This document shows, piece after piece, positions 42,220 to 55,189 of a DNA stretch of 64,000 nt. How positions within the stretch are numbered: position 1 is the first letter of the stretch; every line of letters starts with the position of its first letter. A program made the translations under genes and the position numbers. The notes under the pieces were generated by a model, which had not been told where the DNA came from, searched no databases, and worked only from the letters and a program-made list of their open reading frames with translations. Source of the stretch: Octopus vulgaris (lineage: Eukaryota); NCBI GenBank assembly GCA_951406725.2, contig OX597825.1:46996001-47060000 (forward strand). The letters run 5' to 3'.

Positions 42220-42369
42220 AATAATAATAATAGTAATAATAATAATAATATTAACGCAAGCCTTGACAGCGGCTGGACATGTTCTTCGCTGCTCTGAACA
42301 CTCAGCAGCCGAAGAGACAGAAACACTAATATAACCCAACAGAACAACGGTAAAATAACTCCCAAAGAC

Positions 42370-42880
42370 TGAAATATCTACATTTTCCTGTGAGCATTTT
42401 AAATCTCCCTCAAAATAAGCAAGGAAACTTACATATTTACAGCTTTCGAACGCACAAACGATCAGCTTTAAAAAATCAACAAAAAACTTTAATATCTACA
42501 ACTTCTGTGAATACCTATCCTTTCTTTTCTCCTTGAATATTCGAAAATGTAAACATCCTTTTTATTCTAAGAACACTACAATTTTCTCTGTGAGGATATA
42601 CAAAAGACCATATTTAGTAAATCTTAAAATGTTAATATCTACAACTTTCTGTGAAAATGTTACCCTCCTTTTCTTTTCTTTTCTCTCTCCCAGAGTATTC
42701 GAAAAGATAAACATCCCTTTCCTTGTAAAAACACTACTGTATTCTCCAAATGGACAGACAAACGAACATCTCAAGAAAATTTAAAGCTTTAATATATCAA
42801 ATTTTGTGCGAAACTTTTATCTTTCTTTTCTTCCTGACTACCCAAATATGTAAACATACCTTTTATTGCAACAACACAAT
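42370..42880. repeat. Diverged ~120-160-bp minisatellite, 3-4 units
   Basis: Recurring AATATCTACAAYTT(T)CTGTGA...TTTCTTTTCT...TAAACATCC at ~42373, 42492, 42634, 42791. Confidence 0.6.
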
Positions 42881-42920
42881 TGAATTCAGAAATTCAAAAA
42901 TTCAACGACGGGAATATTAG

Positions 42921-42960
<40 letters not shown>

Positions 42961-43984
42961 CTACCAGTAATTACAAATAGAACAGAGTAGGGTGAATTGC
43001 TTCTTGTCAAGGCCAAGATCAGCGTTCTCATTGGTCGCTGGTAGTGGTAAACACATTTGACCTTTGCTGACCCAAACGGTACAAGGATTCTTTTGTCTTC
43101 TGTTGCTGACCTCCTCACCATCTGCCGAATCTATTTACAGACCTGTAGAATTTGGTCTATTCACTAAGCTACTACTCTTCCCCAACTATTTCCTTCCACA
43201 ACTACATATTTATGATTACCTCAAATACAAGACAAAAGTTGAAAATAAAGAACATTTAACAAAACCTTTTAATAATAAATGGAAATAGTAATAATGATAA
43301 TAACAATAGTAGTAGTGGTGATGGTGATTATGATAATAAAAATAACAATAATACATTGCAGCTGCTACAGCTACTACTATCCTGATAGCACAGGAATCTG
43401 AGGCCCAACTACCACTACTATCACTACCCCTACCCCTACAACTATTGATGTTGCTGTCAACACTGCTGCTGTTACACATAGATACAACAATAAAGGCAGT
43501 AATTGACAACTGTGATACAAGACTGAAGAAGACTGCCCAGCAAAGAGATAAAAGACTGCAACAACTAATATAAGAACATCAACAATACAGGAAGTAAGTA
43601 AAATCTACCACTCTCTCGGAACCTGTGGTTAGAGAACATAGCAGAGCTAGCGGCAAAAAACAACATTGTCAAAAAAACAAACAACAGAAATAAGGTTACA
43701 GAAATAAGGACGAAGAAGATCTCAAGTGAGCAATGGAGTCTCCGGAAAGTCGTTCTGCATGACAGAGAGAGTAGTTACATCTCTTTTGAATTACAACTAA
43801 AATTGCTGAGGAAGGCCAGATCAAATTTTCTATGTGGCTGTCCATGTGAGCAGCGCAGGAAATTGGTGCCGTCCCTTCCCTGTATAGGCCTGTGTTACCT
43901 GAGTCTGTTAGTATAACAATGACAAATAGTAAAGGAATATAAACAATAATATTAGTGATATCAGTGATGATAATAATAATAATG

Positions 43985-45556
43985 ATGAAAGGAAGCAGCA
44001 GGAATCTCTCCATGTCCTGATTAATGATACATCTAATGATGGTGTCACAATAAAAAACACTGGTAATTGCGCAACCTGATAATCGCTACCTCATTTGAGT
44101 GACAATAAAAAAAATATTGGGAATAACGGTCGTGGTAATGAAACTGAAGCCATTGATGGTGACAGTGTTGCATCCAGCTGGCTCTGAGATTCTGGTCCGG
44201 CTCTAGCCTGTCTATATCCAGAAAGAGACCACCTCACACGGCGCAAATGGAGCAAGCAAATTAATGCTGTGGTCATGGAGTGTTACTACCTGAGCAACCC
44301 TGTAGATGAAAATGGTGCTCAAATTAGGGGTTACCGACAACGTATGTATGATCATTGGAAAGAAAAGGGATTGTTTCAACTTATGGGACAGAGATTATGT
44401 AATCAAGCTAAAGCAATAAGAAAAATCGTTGGTTCACAGAAGTAGAGCTAAATGCTATCAAAAGACGGGTATTGGAAAATAGCAGCAGAGATAACGATGA
44501 AAATACAGGTCTTACTAATAGAAGTAATCTCATAGCACAGGAAAGGAGCAGTGATAGCCAACTTGGTGAGAGACATACAGATAATATGAAAGAAGACAAT
44601 AAAACTAATTGCGACATGACAGATGAACAAAAGGCAATCTACGACAGAATAAAGGCAAGACTACAGGAGAACGATAGCGACATTATTTGCAACCTTTAAA
44701 AGGTTGATCAGTGGAAATTGAACCAAGAAACGAAAGATGTCAATCAAATTCTGAAATACATCAGAACAAACAACATCACAGAAACAAATAATTTGATCAA
44801 GGTAGCAAGTATTGTTGTAGCAGAAAACGTTGGTGTTGATGTCAAGAAAAAGAAATATAATAGGAGTGATAAAAGAAAAGATCCATGGTGGAAAAGAAGA
44901 ATACAGGCAGGGTTAGAAATGCCCCCGAATGACATTTCTGTGTTAGATCGAAAAGAGAAAGGGGAGCTTGAAAGCGAACAAAAATACAGGGCACTGAAAA
45001 GGAAGTATAATATTGAAAGAAAGGGCCTTAAAGTGGTTATGGAGGAACTGAAATAGCGCCTCATTGCAAAGAAGGCAAAGATGGTAAGATACGACCAAAG
45101 AATGAAGGGTTACCACCGGAATAGGTTATTCAGAGTAGATCAGAAGAGATTCTATAAAGAAATAAATGGAGAGTGTACAGATGAAAAGTTGATACCAGAT
45201 AACAATGAAAGTCAAAGATTTTGATGTGACATCTGGAGCAAAGACAAGGAGCGTAAGAAGGATGCTGGATGGTTTCAAGAACTGAAACAAACAGTAGTCT
45301 GTCCAAAACATGGAGAACTAGTCATTTCAGTTAGGGAAGTGAAGGGAATCAGCAAAAAAAATAAAATGAGCAACTGGAAGACCCCGGGACCAGATGGAGT
45401 TCAAGGCTACTGGATCAAAAGATTTAGTGAATAATGTCATGCACGAATAGCTGCGTAACTCAACAACTTTTTAAATGCCGACCAAGTAACACCAGAGTGG
45501 TTGACATTGGGTACAACAGTGCTGTGCCTGAAAAACATTGAAAAAGGCAATACGGC
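43985..45556 (+). mobile_element. R4/Dong-type 5' half (N-terminus to start of RT)
   Basis: RRKWSKQINAVVMECYY, GYRQRMY, QRLCNQA, PWWKRRI, NWKTPGPDGVQGYWIK; starts after short AAT repeats. Confidence 0.85.
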
Positions 45557-47526
45557 TTCCAAAGAAATCAAAAGCCATTACCCTAATATATATATCCTAA
45601 AAACTGCATCTATGTAAGAGCTGAAGTAATTTCATCCTGCTTTGTAACTGACTCTTTATAGATCTGAAGTGAACCCCAGCTCACATATCGGGGACAATGC
45701 TGCTGCTATAACGCCTACACTTCCAGTTGATTGCTAAGTGCTGTCCAATATGCCACATTCACTGATTTAAAGAATGCTCCTTTTCCTCGTGTCTGGTACT
45801 GTTATTACAATGGTGTATCTGCATATGGACTAATAAGCTACCCCAGTACATCCTGGCCCCATTACTCCAAGCTGTGTACTGCAATATAGTCCGTTACTTC
45901 TTGATCTTTATTCTTATTCCGTAAATCTCTCACTAAGCAAATTGTTTAATTATTTCTCATCAAAATTTCACCCCTTTGGTATGCTTTCATCACAGGTAAT
46001 TTTCTGCAGATGTTCGCATATAGATGTCCGAATTGTTTATTAGGTGCCTCCCTACTGAATATATCTCCTAACGCATGCATGCTCACAGATATATATGTAT
46101 ATGCATGTCTATATTTATGAGCATGCACATAATTATGCGTGTATATATTATTTCGGTTATTTTCAAATAGTTCAGGTGTTTGGAATCAACTATGAAATAT
46201 AAAAAGAAAAGACAAAAAAAAACATTACGTTAAATGTCATCTAATTTGAATTCTGATTATTTTTTTTAATAAAATGATTGTAAGGCACCTCAAAAGAAAC
46301 GTGCTTTATCAATAAATACACTACGGAAAACAGTTCACGAAAGAAACTCAAAGACCGACCGATATAATAAGTGAAGTTAGAATTTTTGTAATATGGAGAA
46401 ATTGCTGTTGCTATAATTCAGTAATTTTGTTGCAAGCGTTTTATAAATAAAATATAGTGAAAAACATTAATTTGACTATAATGTCAAACATAAATTAATA
46501 CAAATGTCCTGTGCTAATTCAGTGAGATTAAAAATTATTCTATAAAATATTTTAAAGTTGAAAGAATGAAATAAATAAAGTAAAGCTATATCTAAATTTG
46601 TACAGTTATCAAGAGACTTTAAACGTTTGAATGATATTTATTTACTCATAATTATTGCATTTTAAATGCGACTAATATATTATATATATTTATTGCTACT
46701 ATATAATTGTTTTGATAATCTGCTTTCTTTTCTAAGTGTTTCAACTATAGGTAAATGCCTCAGTCTGTAGCAGATTCCACTTGTCTCCGTATAGGACCTA
46801 TCTCCAACTAGATAAGGGTAGATACTGAGGGTTTACAAACTTAACCGGAACAGCGACAGAATTCAAACGTTCTATTCTTCAGTCGTTCGCCCCAGCCCTC
46901 CAAGTAGCGATAAAGTAAACAGATCTCATTTAGGTGAAGAAAAATACAGAAAAGCATATGTTAAGCAAGTGTTGAGTGGGGAAAAATATAAACAGTTTAG
47001 TAATCTTGACTGAAATAAAAACATCATTACATTGCAGCTGATGCACAAGCATGTCTATAACAATGATGACTTAAGTGAATTATATAAAAAAAATAGTACT
47101 AGTATCATCATAAATAATTAAAGATAAATGAAACGTTAAAGGAAACCGGTTATCTGAACAGAGACGGTAAAACTATCTGATATATAAAATTTGACTTTTC
47201 AATAAACAGTGACAATTCAGTATTTTCAATCTAAACATGCTGTTCGCTATTATTAAACCAGATCCATATCGCCTGAATAGAGAATCTAGCATATTCTTTT
47301 GATTTTATAAATAATAGATGTCCTACATTTGAGAATAGTAGGAGCTAGAAGTATAGATAGTAGATTAGGTATTTTTAAAAAGATGAATGTTATTAGTCAA
47401 GACTTGCATTTGCTTTCATTTCAGCACCACACTTTGTTCTTTTGTGTTTCTCTTATTCATAGGTTTTCGCTGGTCTACTTTAGTCTTTCATTTTCTTCTT
47501 GATCAAATGCTCGATTACATACTCAG

Positions 47527-47702
47527 TATGTATGTATGTATGTATGTATGTATGTATGTATGTATGTATGTATGTATGTATGTATGTATGTATGTATGTA
47601 TGTATGTATGTATGTATGTATGTATGTATGTATGTATGTATGTATGTATGTATGTATGTATGTATGTATGTATGTATGTATGTATGTATGTATGTATGTA
47701 TG
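47527..47702. repeat. (TATG)n
   Basis: Direct reading. Confidence 0.98.
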
Positions 47703-47862
47703 TACGTGTTTGTGAGTGTGCTCGTTATGTCACCATATATAACCATATCTGTGTTTGTGATCTTTGTGTGCACACACATGCAACACATTCACTCACATAT
47801 ATATGTACACACACATATATACACACATGTTCGCATACATACATATACATACATACAAATAA

Positions 47863-47895
<33 letters not shown>

Positions 47896-48064
47896 CAAAT
47901 GTATGTGCGAACTTAATTTGTGAGTGTGTTTGTGTGTGTGAATATATTCGCATATAGTATATACAGAGATAGTAACTGAGACAGGTGGGATTATCCACAT
48001 ACAAAACAGTTAAATATATGTCCATAAATTTGTGTATACTTGTTATCCCAAATCTGAAGTTCTA

Positions 48065-48126
48065 TACATACATACATACACACATGCACACACACATACA
48101 TATATACATATACATACATACATACA

Positions 48127-48160
<34 letters not shown>

Positions 48161-48210
48161 CATAATACATACATACATACATACATACATACATACATAC
48201 ATACATACAT
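48065..48210. repeat. Imperfect (CATA)n
   Basis: Direct reading. Confidence 0.9.
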
Positions 48211-49129
48211 AAACGGATATATAATTATATAGCAAGAGCTGAACATGCGTACTTTTAGTTTTGCAGTTATCCGTTGCATTACCAAAATATAAAATCAATA
48301 TCCCCAGAAGAATGAAAAGAATCACTTGGAAGACCATACAATAATCAAATAAATAAATTCAGATTTTATTTTGCATTCCTAATAAAAGTAAAAGCTCCAT
48401 TATTTGCAGTATCATATTTTAAAAATAACCAGTCTGCTACCGGACTTCGAATTGAATCGAATTTCAGAAGAGTTTGGCTTTTCTATAGGATTGGTAGTAT
48501 ATTGTTGTTTCTTTTGATTTGCATTTAGAATCAAATACGTGGAAGACGCCTACTAAGAAAATAAAAAAGATCTCACACTTGGAGACTGACTCCCCCAAAA
48601 TTTCAGGCCTTGTGCCTAGAGTAGAAAAGAAGACAACGAAAGTTTCACTTTACAAACTGTTTAATATGATCTGCCCAGGGAAAGTAGAGACTGTAGTTCA
48701 CCGTATTCATTAAGACTTTCGATCATCGTAGCCATCTTATGCACATTCAGTGCCTTTCGCAGTCACATTCAAGAAACCAATATGGGCGAAATATCTAATG
48801 GTAAGTGCTTTCGGTCCATAGAACTGAGATATAGAACAACATCTTGAAAGTTTTAGCAGAAGCTATGCTTTATATTGAAAGGGCCAATCCTTGCTGAATA
48901 TTGACTTTAATTTGAGGCTTTTGCATATAAAATAAATGATTAAATAACAAGAAATCAAAAACAAACAACACAAGAATACTCTAGTATTACACGGGTATCT
49001 TGAAAAGGAAGGATACATTAGTATGTTGTCCAGGATAAGTAATTCGAATAAGATGGGATGGTCATGTCTGGAACATCTGATAAAAGGTATGTTCAGTCAG
49101 GATCGGCTTGGACCGAACTTAATATGGAT

Positions 49130-49340
49130 TTCAAATTTTTGCATAAGGCCAGCAACTTCGGAGAAATGGAAAGTCGATTACATTCCAATCCAGTCCTTAA
49201 CTGGTAATTATTTTATCGACTCCGGAAGGATGAAGAGTAAAGTGGACCTCGGCGGAATTTGAACTCAGAACGTAAGGACAGGCGAAATGCCGCTAAATAT
49301 TTTTTCCCAGCCAGCTAACGATTCTGCCAGTTCGCCGCAT
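49130..49340 (-). mobile_element. tRNA-like SINE
   Basis: Same family as 41543-41752 and the 54-57 kb copies. Confidence 0.85.
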
Positions 49341-49530
49341 AAAAGCTGAATTAAATTGACTCTTGTGACCGGTAAGACACAAATTGACTCTTGTGACCGG
49401 TAAGTGATAACTGAATAACAAGACCTATTTGTAAAATAGTGTTATTAAGTGAACTGTAGTTGCCACTAAAGAAAGAAAGTTGCTAAAACTATTGCATACT
49501 TGCATAATTTTCTTTGTTATATCACTGCAC

Positions 49531-50169
49531 GGATCTTTACCTTTTGACCTACAGATTTAAAAAATATTTTTTTGTAATTAAACACTTTCAAAGTAATCCT
49601 ATTTCGGTAATTTCAACCAATCAATGACGTGTATTCAGCTGAATAATATTACTGCTGTTGTTTATCAATAGCAACTATCGGCGGTGTATTTTTCGTTTGT
49701 CACTGTTATTTATGACATCGTTCGTGCGTTTGTACTGGTTTTAAGATTTTAGGGTTAGGGTTAGGGTTTTAGAGTTAGCGTGTTAAGGTTAGGGTTTTAG
49801 AGTTAGCGTGTTAAGGTTAGGGTTTTAGAGTTAGGGATTTAGGGTTAAAATTTTAGGGTTAGGATTTTAAGGTTAGGGTTAGGGTTAGGATTCTAGGGTT
49901 AGGGTTGTCATAAATAACAGTGACAAACGAAATATACACCGCCGGAAGTTCTAATTGACAAACAACAGCAGTAATTTTATTCAGCTGAATACACGTCATT
50001 GATTGTTGAAATTACCGAAATAGGACTACTTTGACGTGAAATTACTTCGTAAATATAAGTTTTTCTCAAAAAATGTTTTATATGAGACATTCTACCAGTG
50101 TCCGAAGTTTGAAAGTGTTTAGTTCCCAAAAATTATTTTTTAAATCTGTAGGTCAAAAGGTAAAGATCC
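49531..50169. mobile_element. Complete fold-back MITE (Merlin-like) with internal TTAGGG array
   Basis: 36-bp perfect TIR starting GGATCTTTACC; inner arms ~49598-49717 and ~49906-50024; exact 8-bp TSD CACTGCAC (49523-49530, 50170-50177); degenerate (TTAGGG)n at ~49749-49904. Confidence 0.9.
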
Positions 50170-50699
50170 CACTGCACATCTATATACAATCAATGAACGG
50201 TTTCTCAATATGTATATTCTTTATATTTGATAACACTTTCTCGTATTAGTTGTAGAAGAAAATCACATTGAGATTAAATTTCACAAGGAAATTGGCCGTT
50301 TAATATTTTTATATATTTTGTACCACTCTGAAATGATTGTTTTCTGATTGTGCGAAAGAAACATATGAGAAATCTAATGAAATCTAATAGCACTATAAAG
50401 ATATAAAATCCCATACGAATTTATAAACTTACATGAAAACGTAAAACAATACTTGCCCAGCCTTCGACTTTTTCTATTAAAATGCTTTTCCAAACCAATA
50501 TTTACATGCTATTAGAGCATTATATGCTTCGAGGTTCATCGTCATAAAATACCAGTTATATTACGTACAGATCTTAGTTTTCATGTAGTTATGTTTGATA
50601 AAAATAAGGTAGTAATTGATTGCTTATTATAGAAATATATTAGCACTCAGCTTCAAACAGCTGAGAACTAACATCTATCTCTTCTTCTCTCTCCCAACC

Positions 50700-51810
50700 C
50701 TTCCTCTCTTTCTCTCTGGCCTGCCCTTGGGAAGGTTCTGTACGTATAAATGTTCTCCACACTCTCTAACCTTTGCTGCCTACTTCATTGAGTGGTATAA
50801 CTTTCTCTGCTTAATATCGTCTCTCCTTCTCCGTCTAGGTCTTCTCCTTTGTATCCCCCCTTTGTCACTGTGCGGAGAAGGCCATATTTTTTTCCTTCCC
50901 TGATGGTATCCATGAAACATCGCTTTTCTCCAACCCTCTAAAGCACCGCTTCATTACATACATGGTCCCTCGAGCAGATCTTTTCTTTTCCCCTCCAGAA
51001 CCACATTTCACACTTCTGTAGTCTCCTAGCCTCAGCCTTCTATGATAGAGGAGCGCACTCCATAGTAGAGTTTTCACCACCTTCTTCTTTAGGTCACGCT
51101 TTAGGCCTCTGCTGAGCAATGTTTTATATTTGTCGAATTCATATTTGGCCATGGAAATGTTTGCTCTGATTTGCCTCTCACTCCTCCCTTCATCCGTTAG
51201 TACCTTTCCTAGGTATTTAAATTGATGAATTTGCTCTAGTAGATTAGCAGTTTCACTTCTCTGTTCTTTTCAATTTGTATTACTTTGGTATTCTAGTTTA
51301 TTTTCATTTTATTTCCGTAATCTTCACTTCAATCAGATTTGCCATGATTGTATGCAAGCCTTCTGCTGTATTTATTATCATTAACTGGTCGTCTGCAAAC
51401 GTATTAGATGTCCACTAACCTTCAACCTTCACATTTTCTTCCACCTCTTTCCTAAACTATTTCGTCATTACCTCTGTATAAAGGTGAAGATCAGCCTCTT
51501 ATTCTATGCATCCAAAATAGTGTTGAGAGTCATCAACAACAGGCTGAGGGACAAAGCAGAGGGAGTCGTCAGGAGAGAGCAATTCGGTTTTAGGAAAATA
51601 GTGGGGACAAGAGAGGCAATCGCTGTTGTTAGTACTTTGGTAGAGCGGAGCATTGAGGATGATCAAGAAATCTTTATTGGCTTAGTCGACTTTGATAAAA
51701 CTTTCGATCAGGTTGATTGGAAAAAACTGATGGGTTTACTAAAAAATCTGGGTTGGATAGGAAAGATAGTCACCTGATTACAACTCTGTACATGGGCCAG
51801 AAAACAGCTA
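50700..51810 (-). mobile_element. RTE-type LINE with inverted 5' segment
   Basis: Minus 51480-50700: FADDQL, FKYLG, LKKKVVKTLLWSALLY. Plus 51484-51810: ISLL..ASKI, EQFGFRK..GTREAI, VDFDKTFD.V.W. Confidence 0.85.
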
Positions 51811-51812
51811 AA

Positions 51813-52728
51813 CGAGAGTGGGCTGAAAAGCTTATAGGCTGACTTTGAAGGAGTGATGCTTGAGCAATGCGTTAATTTCGACTCATTGATAACTGCATTG
51901 TTTCTTTACATGTTAAGTAAAAACTGACTGTTCAAAGAAGACTTCAAAAGCAATTTCACTTGAAAATGGAAAACATTTGGCATGACAAAGGTTTCTGCTT
52001 GGTGGGTACCACGTCTTCTAACATCTGGTCAAAAGCACACCAGGCTGATCTCATCAAGGGAAAATCTGACATCGTTTGATGCAAATCCAGTTGGTTTCCT
52101 TGAACGTCTCCAAACCCAGGATGAGTGTTGGGTGCGTCACTCTGAGTCAGAGACAAAGAGACAACCCATGCAATAGGAACATCTCTCCCCAACTGCGCCA
52201 AATAAGAGCAAGCTCGTTTCACCTGCAGGAAAGGTGATAAGATTTTTGGTAAGTAAAAGGCATAGTGTTTATTGAATACTCTCAAAAGATCTACACCATC
52301 AATGGAGAGTGCCGCGCCAATTTTTTCTGAGGGAGTTATGAAAGGCAATCAAGACGAAACGGTTAGAAAAACTGACGAAAGGACAATGCTCCAGCACACA
52401 AGTCCTTGGTTTCAATTGCTGTTGTGCGTTTCTGTGTTGAGCAGCCTCTCTAATCTCCTGATTTGGCCCCATCCGACTATCATCTATACCCCAACATGAA
52501 AAAAACACTTAGCTGGGAACCAATATCGCAGTGATAACATCATATTTGTTTTTGATAACTTTTTTGACTAAGAAGATGAAAGCTTCTTCACCAATGGGAT
52601 CCAAGCATTGCAACACCGAGGAAGAAATGTATGGACTGCAAGAGGGACTACGTTGAAAAATAAACCTGATTTAGTCACATTCCATGAGAGTATTTTGGTC
52701 AGCCTATGAACTTTTCAGTCGATCACCG
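51813..52728 (+). mobile_element. mariner transposon, internally deleted
   Basis: TIR core CTGAAAAG.T.ATAGGCTGAC present at both ends; WVPRLLT, QDECWV, NAPAH, PDLAPSDYHL. Confidence 0.9.
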
Positions 52729-54554
52729 TAATGACAGCTCATCAATGGCTGGAACCTGCACCATCAGGAGAATTAACATATATTGTTCTAAACAAAGGAA
52801 TGCATACTTCATATCAATAATCGAAGCTATCGACTTCGGGATGTATAGATATTACCACAAATGTCTAAACAATTATAGTACTGGCCCTGATATTCTAAAG
52901 TGTTTATATTTAATTATCTCGCAAAATATGTGAATCATAGATATGAAAAGTTCGACGTTTTCCTGTTTAGATTTGTTTTGATACAATAAAAACCTGAGCA
53001 AAGAAAAAGCTTGTTCAGCACAGTGGAAGAAGTACATTTTTAAGCAGTCGTAAATGTATATTTTGTAGCTCCTGTGAAACCCATGTAAAAAAAAAAGTGT
53101 ATGCCGGCAACCATCTACTTCTGCTTCTCAAAAATGCTTGTTTTCTTATGGCATAAGTTACGAAGGCAGCTGTGCCAAGTTATTCTATATGACACATCCA
53201 CATCATCCCCGAATGTGAACACGCGTAGCTTCCACTTATTTCCGGCTTAAAATAAATGTAAAGTTAATGAAAATAGTAAAAGACTCAAATAAGTCTTTTG
53301 TAATAGACACAGTCTTTCACATATTTCTGAAAAAGTGAAGGTAGTTTCTCCGACTTATATTTTCTAAGTAGATAGTGTTGATCACCAAATTTAATATATA
53401 AAAAATAGAGAACAATAATCAATTGTTTTACGCTAAGGTAGCTTGAACTTTATTGACTGAGCTGCTAACATCTACTCATGGCACAAATAATATTTTTCAA
53501 ATGTATTGCACATTAAAATATATAACCTCGTATCTTCATGTAGATATGCAGTGATAATATATGCTACATGTAAATGTTTAATTTATGCTGGTGTATTTGT
53601 GTGAGTATGTTTATTTGAGTGTATTTGGTGCTTTATCTATACATTAGTTCGTGCGTGTTGAAGTGTATGTGTATATATGTTTGCCTAAATGTACATAAGT
53701 TTTAGAAATGAACTTTTCGTACAAAACTCGCTTAATATTAAACGACTTGAAAAGGAAACGCTGGCCTTCATTTCTTTTCATGTAATTCTATAAACAGACA
53801 AAAGCAAATATCGACAGGTCATGTTTGCTATTTAGCAAAGAGAATTTCTTGGCCTTCCAACCAAATAGTCATTGTTCATGAAAATAGAAACCTGACATTA
53901 TGGCTTGTTTTCATAAAATGTCACCCCATTTCATATAGTTTATTTCAAGGTTCCTTAAGAAAAATATACACTTCAGGAGTATTTTGGAGAAACGTGTATT
54001 CCTGCAAAGATAATGACATTTAACTAGTCTAATATCCACAAATCACCACAAATCACGATGTGTTATTTTAGAACATTAAGTTGCTCTTTAGCACGATTCC
54101 GTCTGATATTCCTCAAGTACTGTATTAATAGCACTCTAGAAGAGATCAATCGCATTTCGTATTTTCCTAATTTTCCTTTTACACCAGTCAAATGTCATGA
54201 ATTTGTATGAATTTATAATCATACATTTACGACGACTATTGCCTATAAACAAATATTCAAAGTTGGAGATGTAATTATATATCAATCAGATATAAAGTTC
54301 CAATTCATGGAAGCTATAAAAATATTTACCAAAATCATTAACTGTTCTCTATCTGTGTCTTCTCTACTTTTTTCTTAATTTTAATATTTGTTTCTTCTTA
54401 TATATACTTTTGCAGCCAGTCTGTCAGTCAGTCATAGGTTACTAACTTTATACAAAGTTGGTAAAAGGATTTTATTCTCATACTTCCCCTCTCAAGAACT
54501 CTTCTGGATTTTAAAAGAATACTTGATACAAGATTTCCGTTTTTCATTTAAGTA

Positions 54555-55015
54555 AGGACAGCAAGCTAACATAGCCATTAGCGTACCGGACAAAATGCTT
54601 AGTGGTATTTCTTCTGGCTAAGGCGGCGAGCTGGCAGAATCGTTACCACGCCGGGCGAAATGCTTTGTGGTATTTCGTCCGCCGCTGCGTTCTGAGTTCA
54701 AATTCCGCCGAGGTTGACTTTACCTTTCATCCTTTCGGGTTGATAAATTAAGTACCAGTTACGCACTGGGGTCGATGTAGTCGACTTAATCCGTTTGTCT
54801 GTACTTGTTTGTCCCCTCTATGTTTAGCCCCTTGTGGACAATAAAGAAATAGGTATTTCTTCTGGCTCTTTACATTTCATCTTCCGAGATCGTCCTTTCC
54901 ATTTTATGCTTTCGGGCTTGATAAAATAAGTACCATTTGTGTACTGGAGTCGATGTAATCGAGTAACATCTTCTCTCTAAATTTGCAAAACTTTTGCCAA
55001 AATTCGAAACCATTT
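54555..55015 (+). mobile_element. Young SINE (54620-54851) nested in an older SINE
   Basis: Exact 16-bp TSD GGTATTTCTTCTGGCT at 54604-54619 and 54852-54867; the outer SINE resumes after the TSD. Confidence 0.9.
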
Positions 55016-55189
55016 ATGAACTTAAGTTAGCCATACAAATTTCTTTACCTGTCGTTTATCACTTCTTAAATTATTTGATTTCTTATAGACGCAGAGATCA
55101 TAATTTCACTCAACTGTTTGCAACAAATATTTAATGCATAACTAGCTTATGTTTAGTCATTCTCTCACACAATGGTATTGTTTACTTTT

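Noticed and set aside
49749-49904. Telomere or chromosome-fusion scar
   Set aside because: Short, degenerate, one orientation only, and enclosed by TIRs and a TSD of a MITE.
54620-54720. tRNA gene
   Set aside because: A/B-box-like motifs belong to a multi-copy SINE head with no complete cloverleaf.
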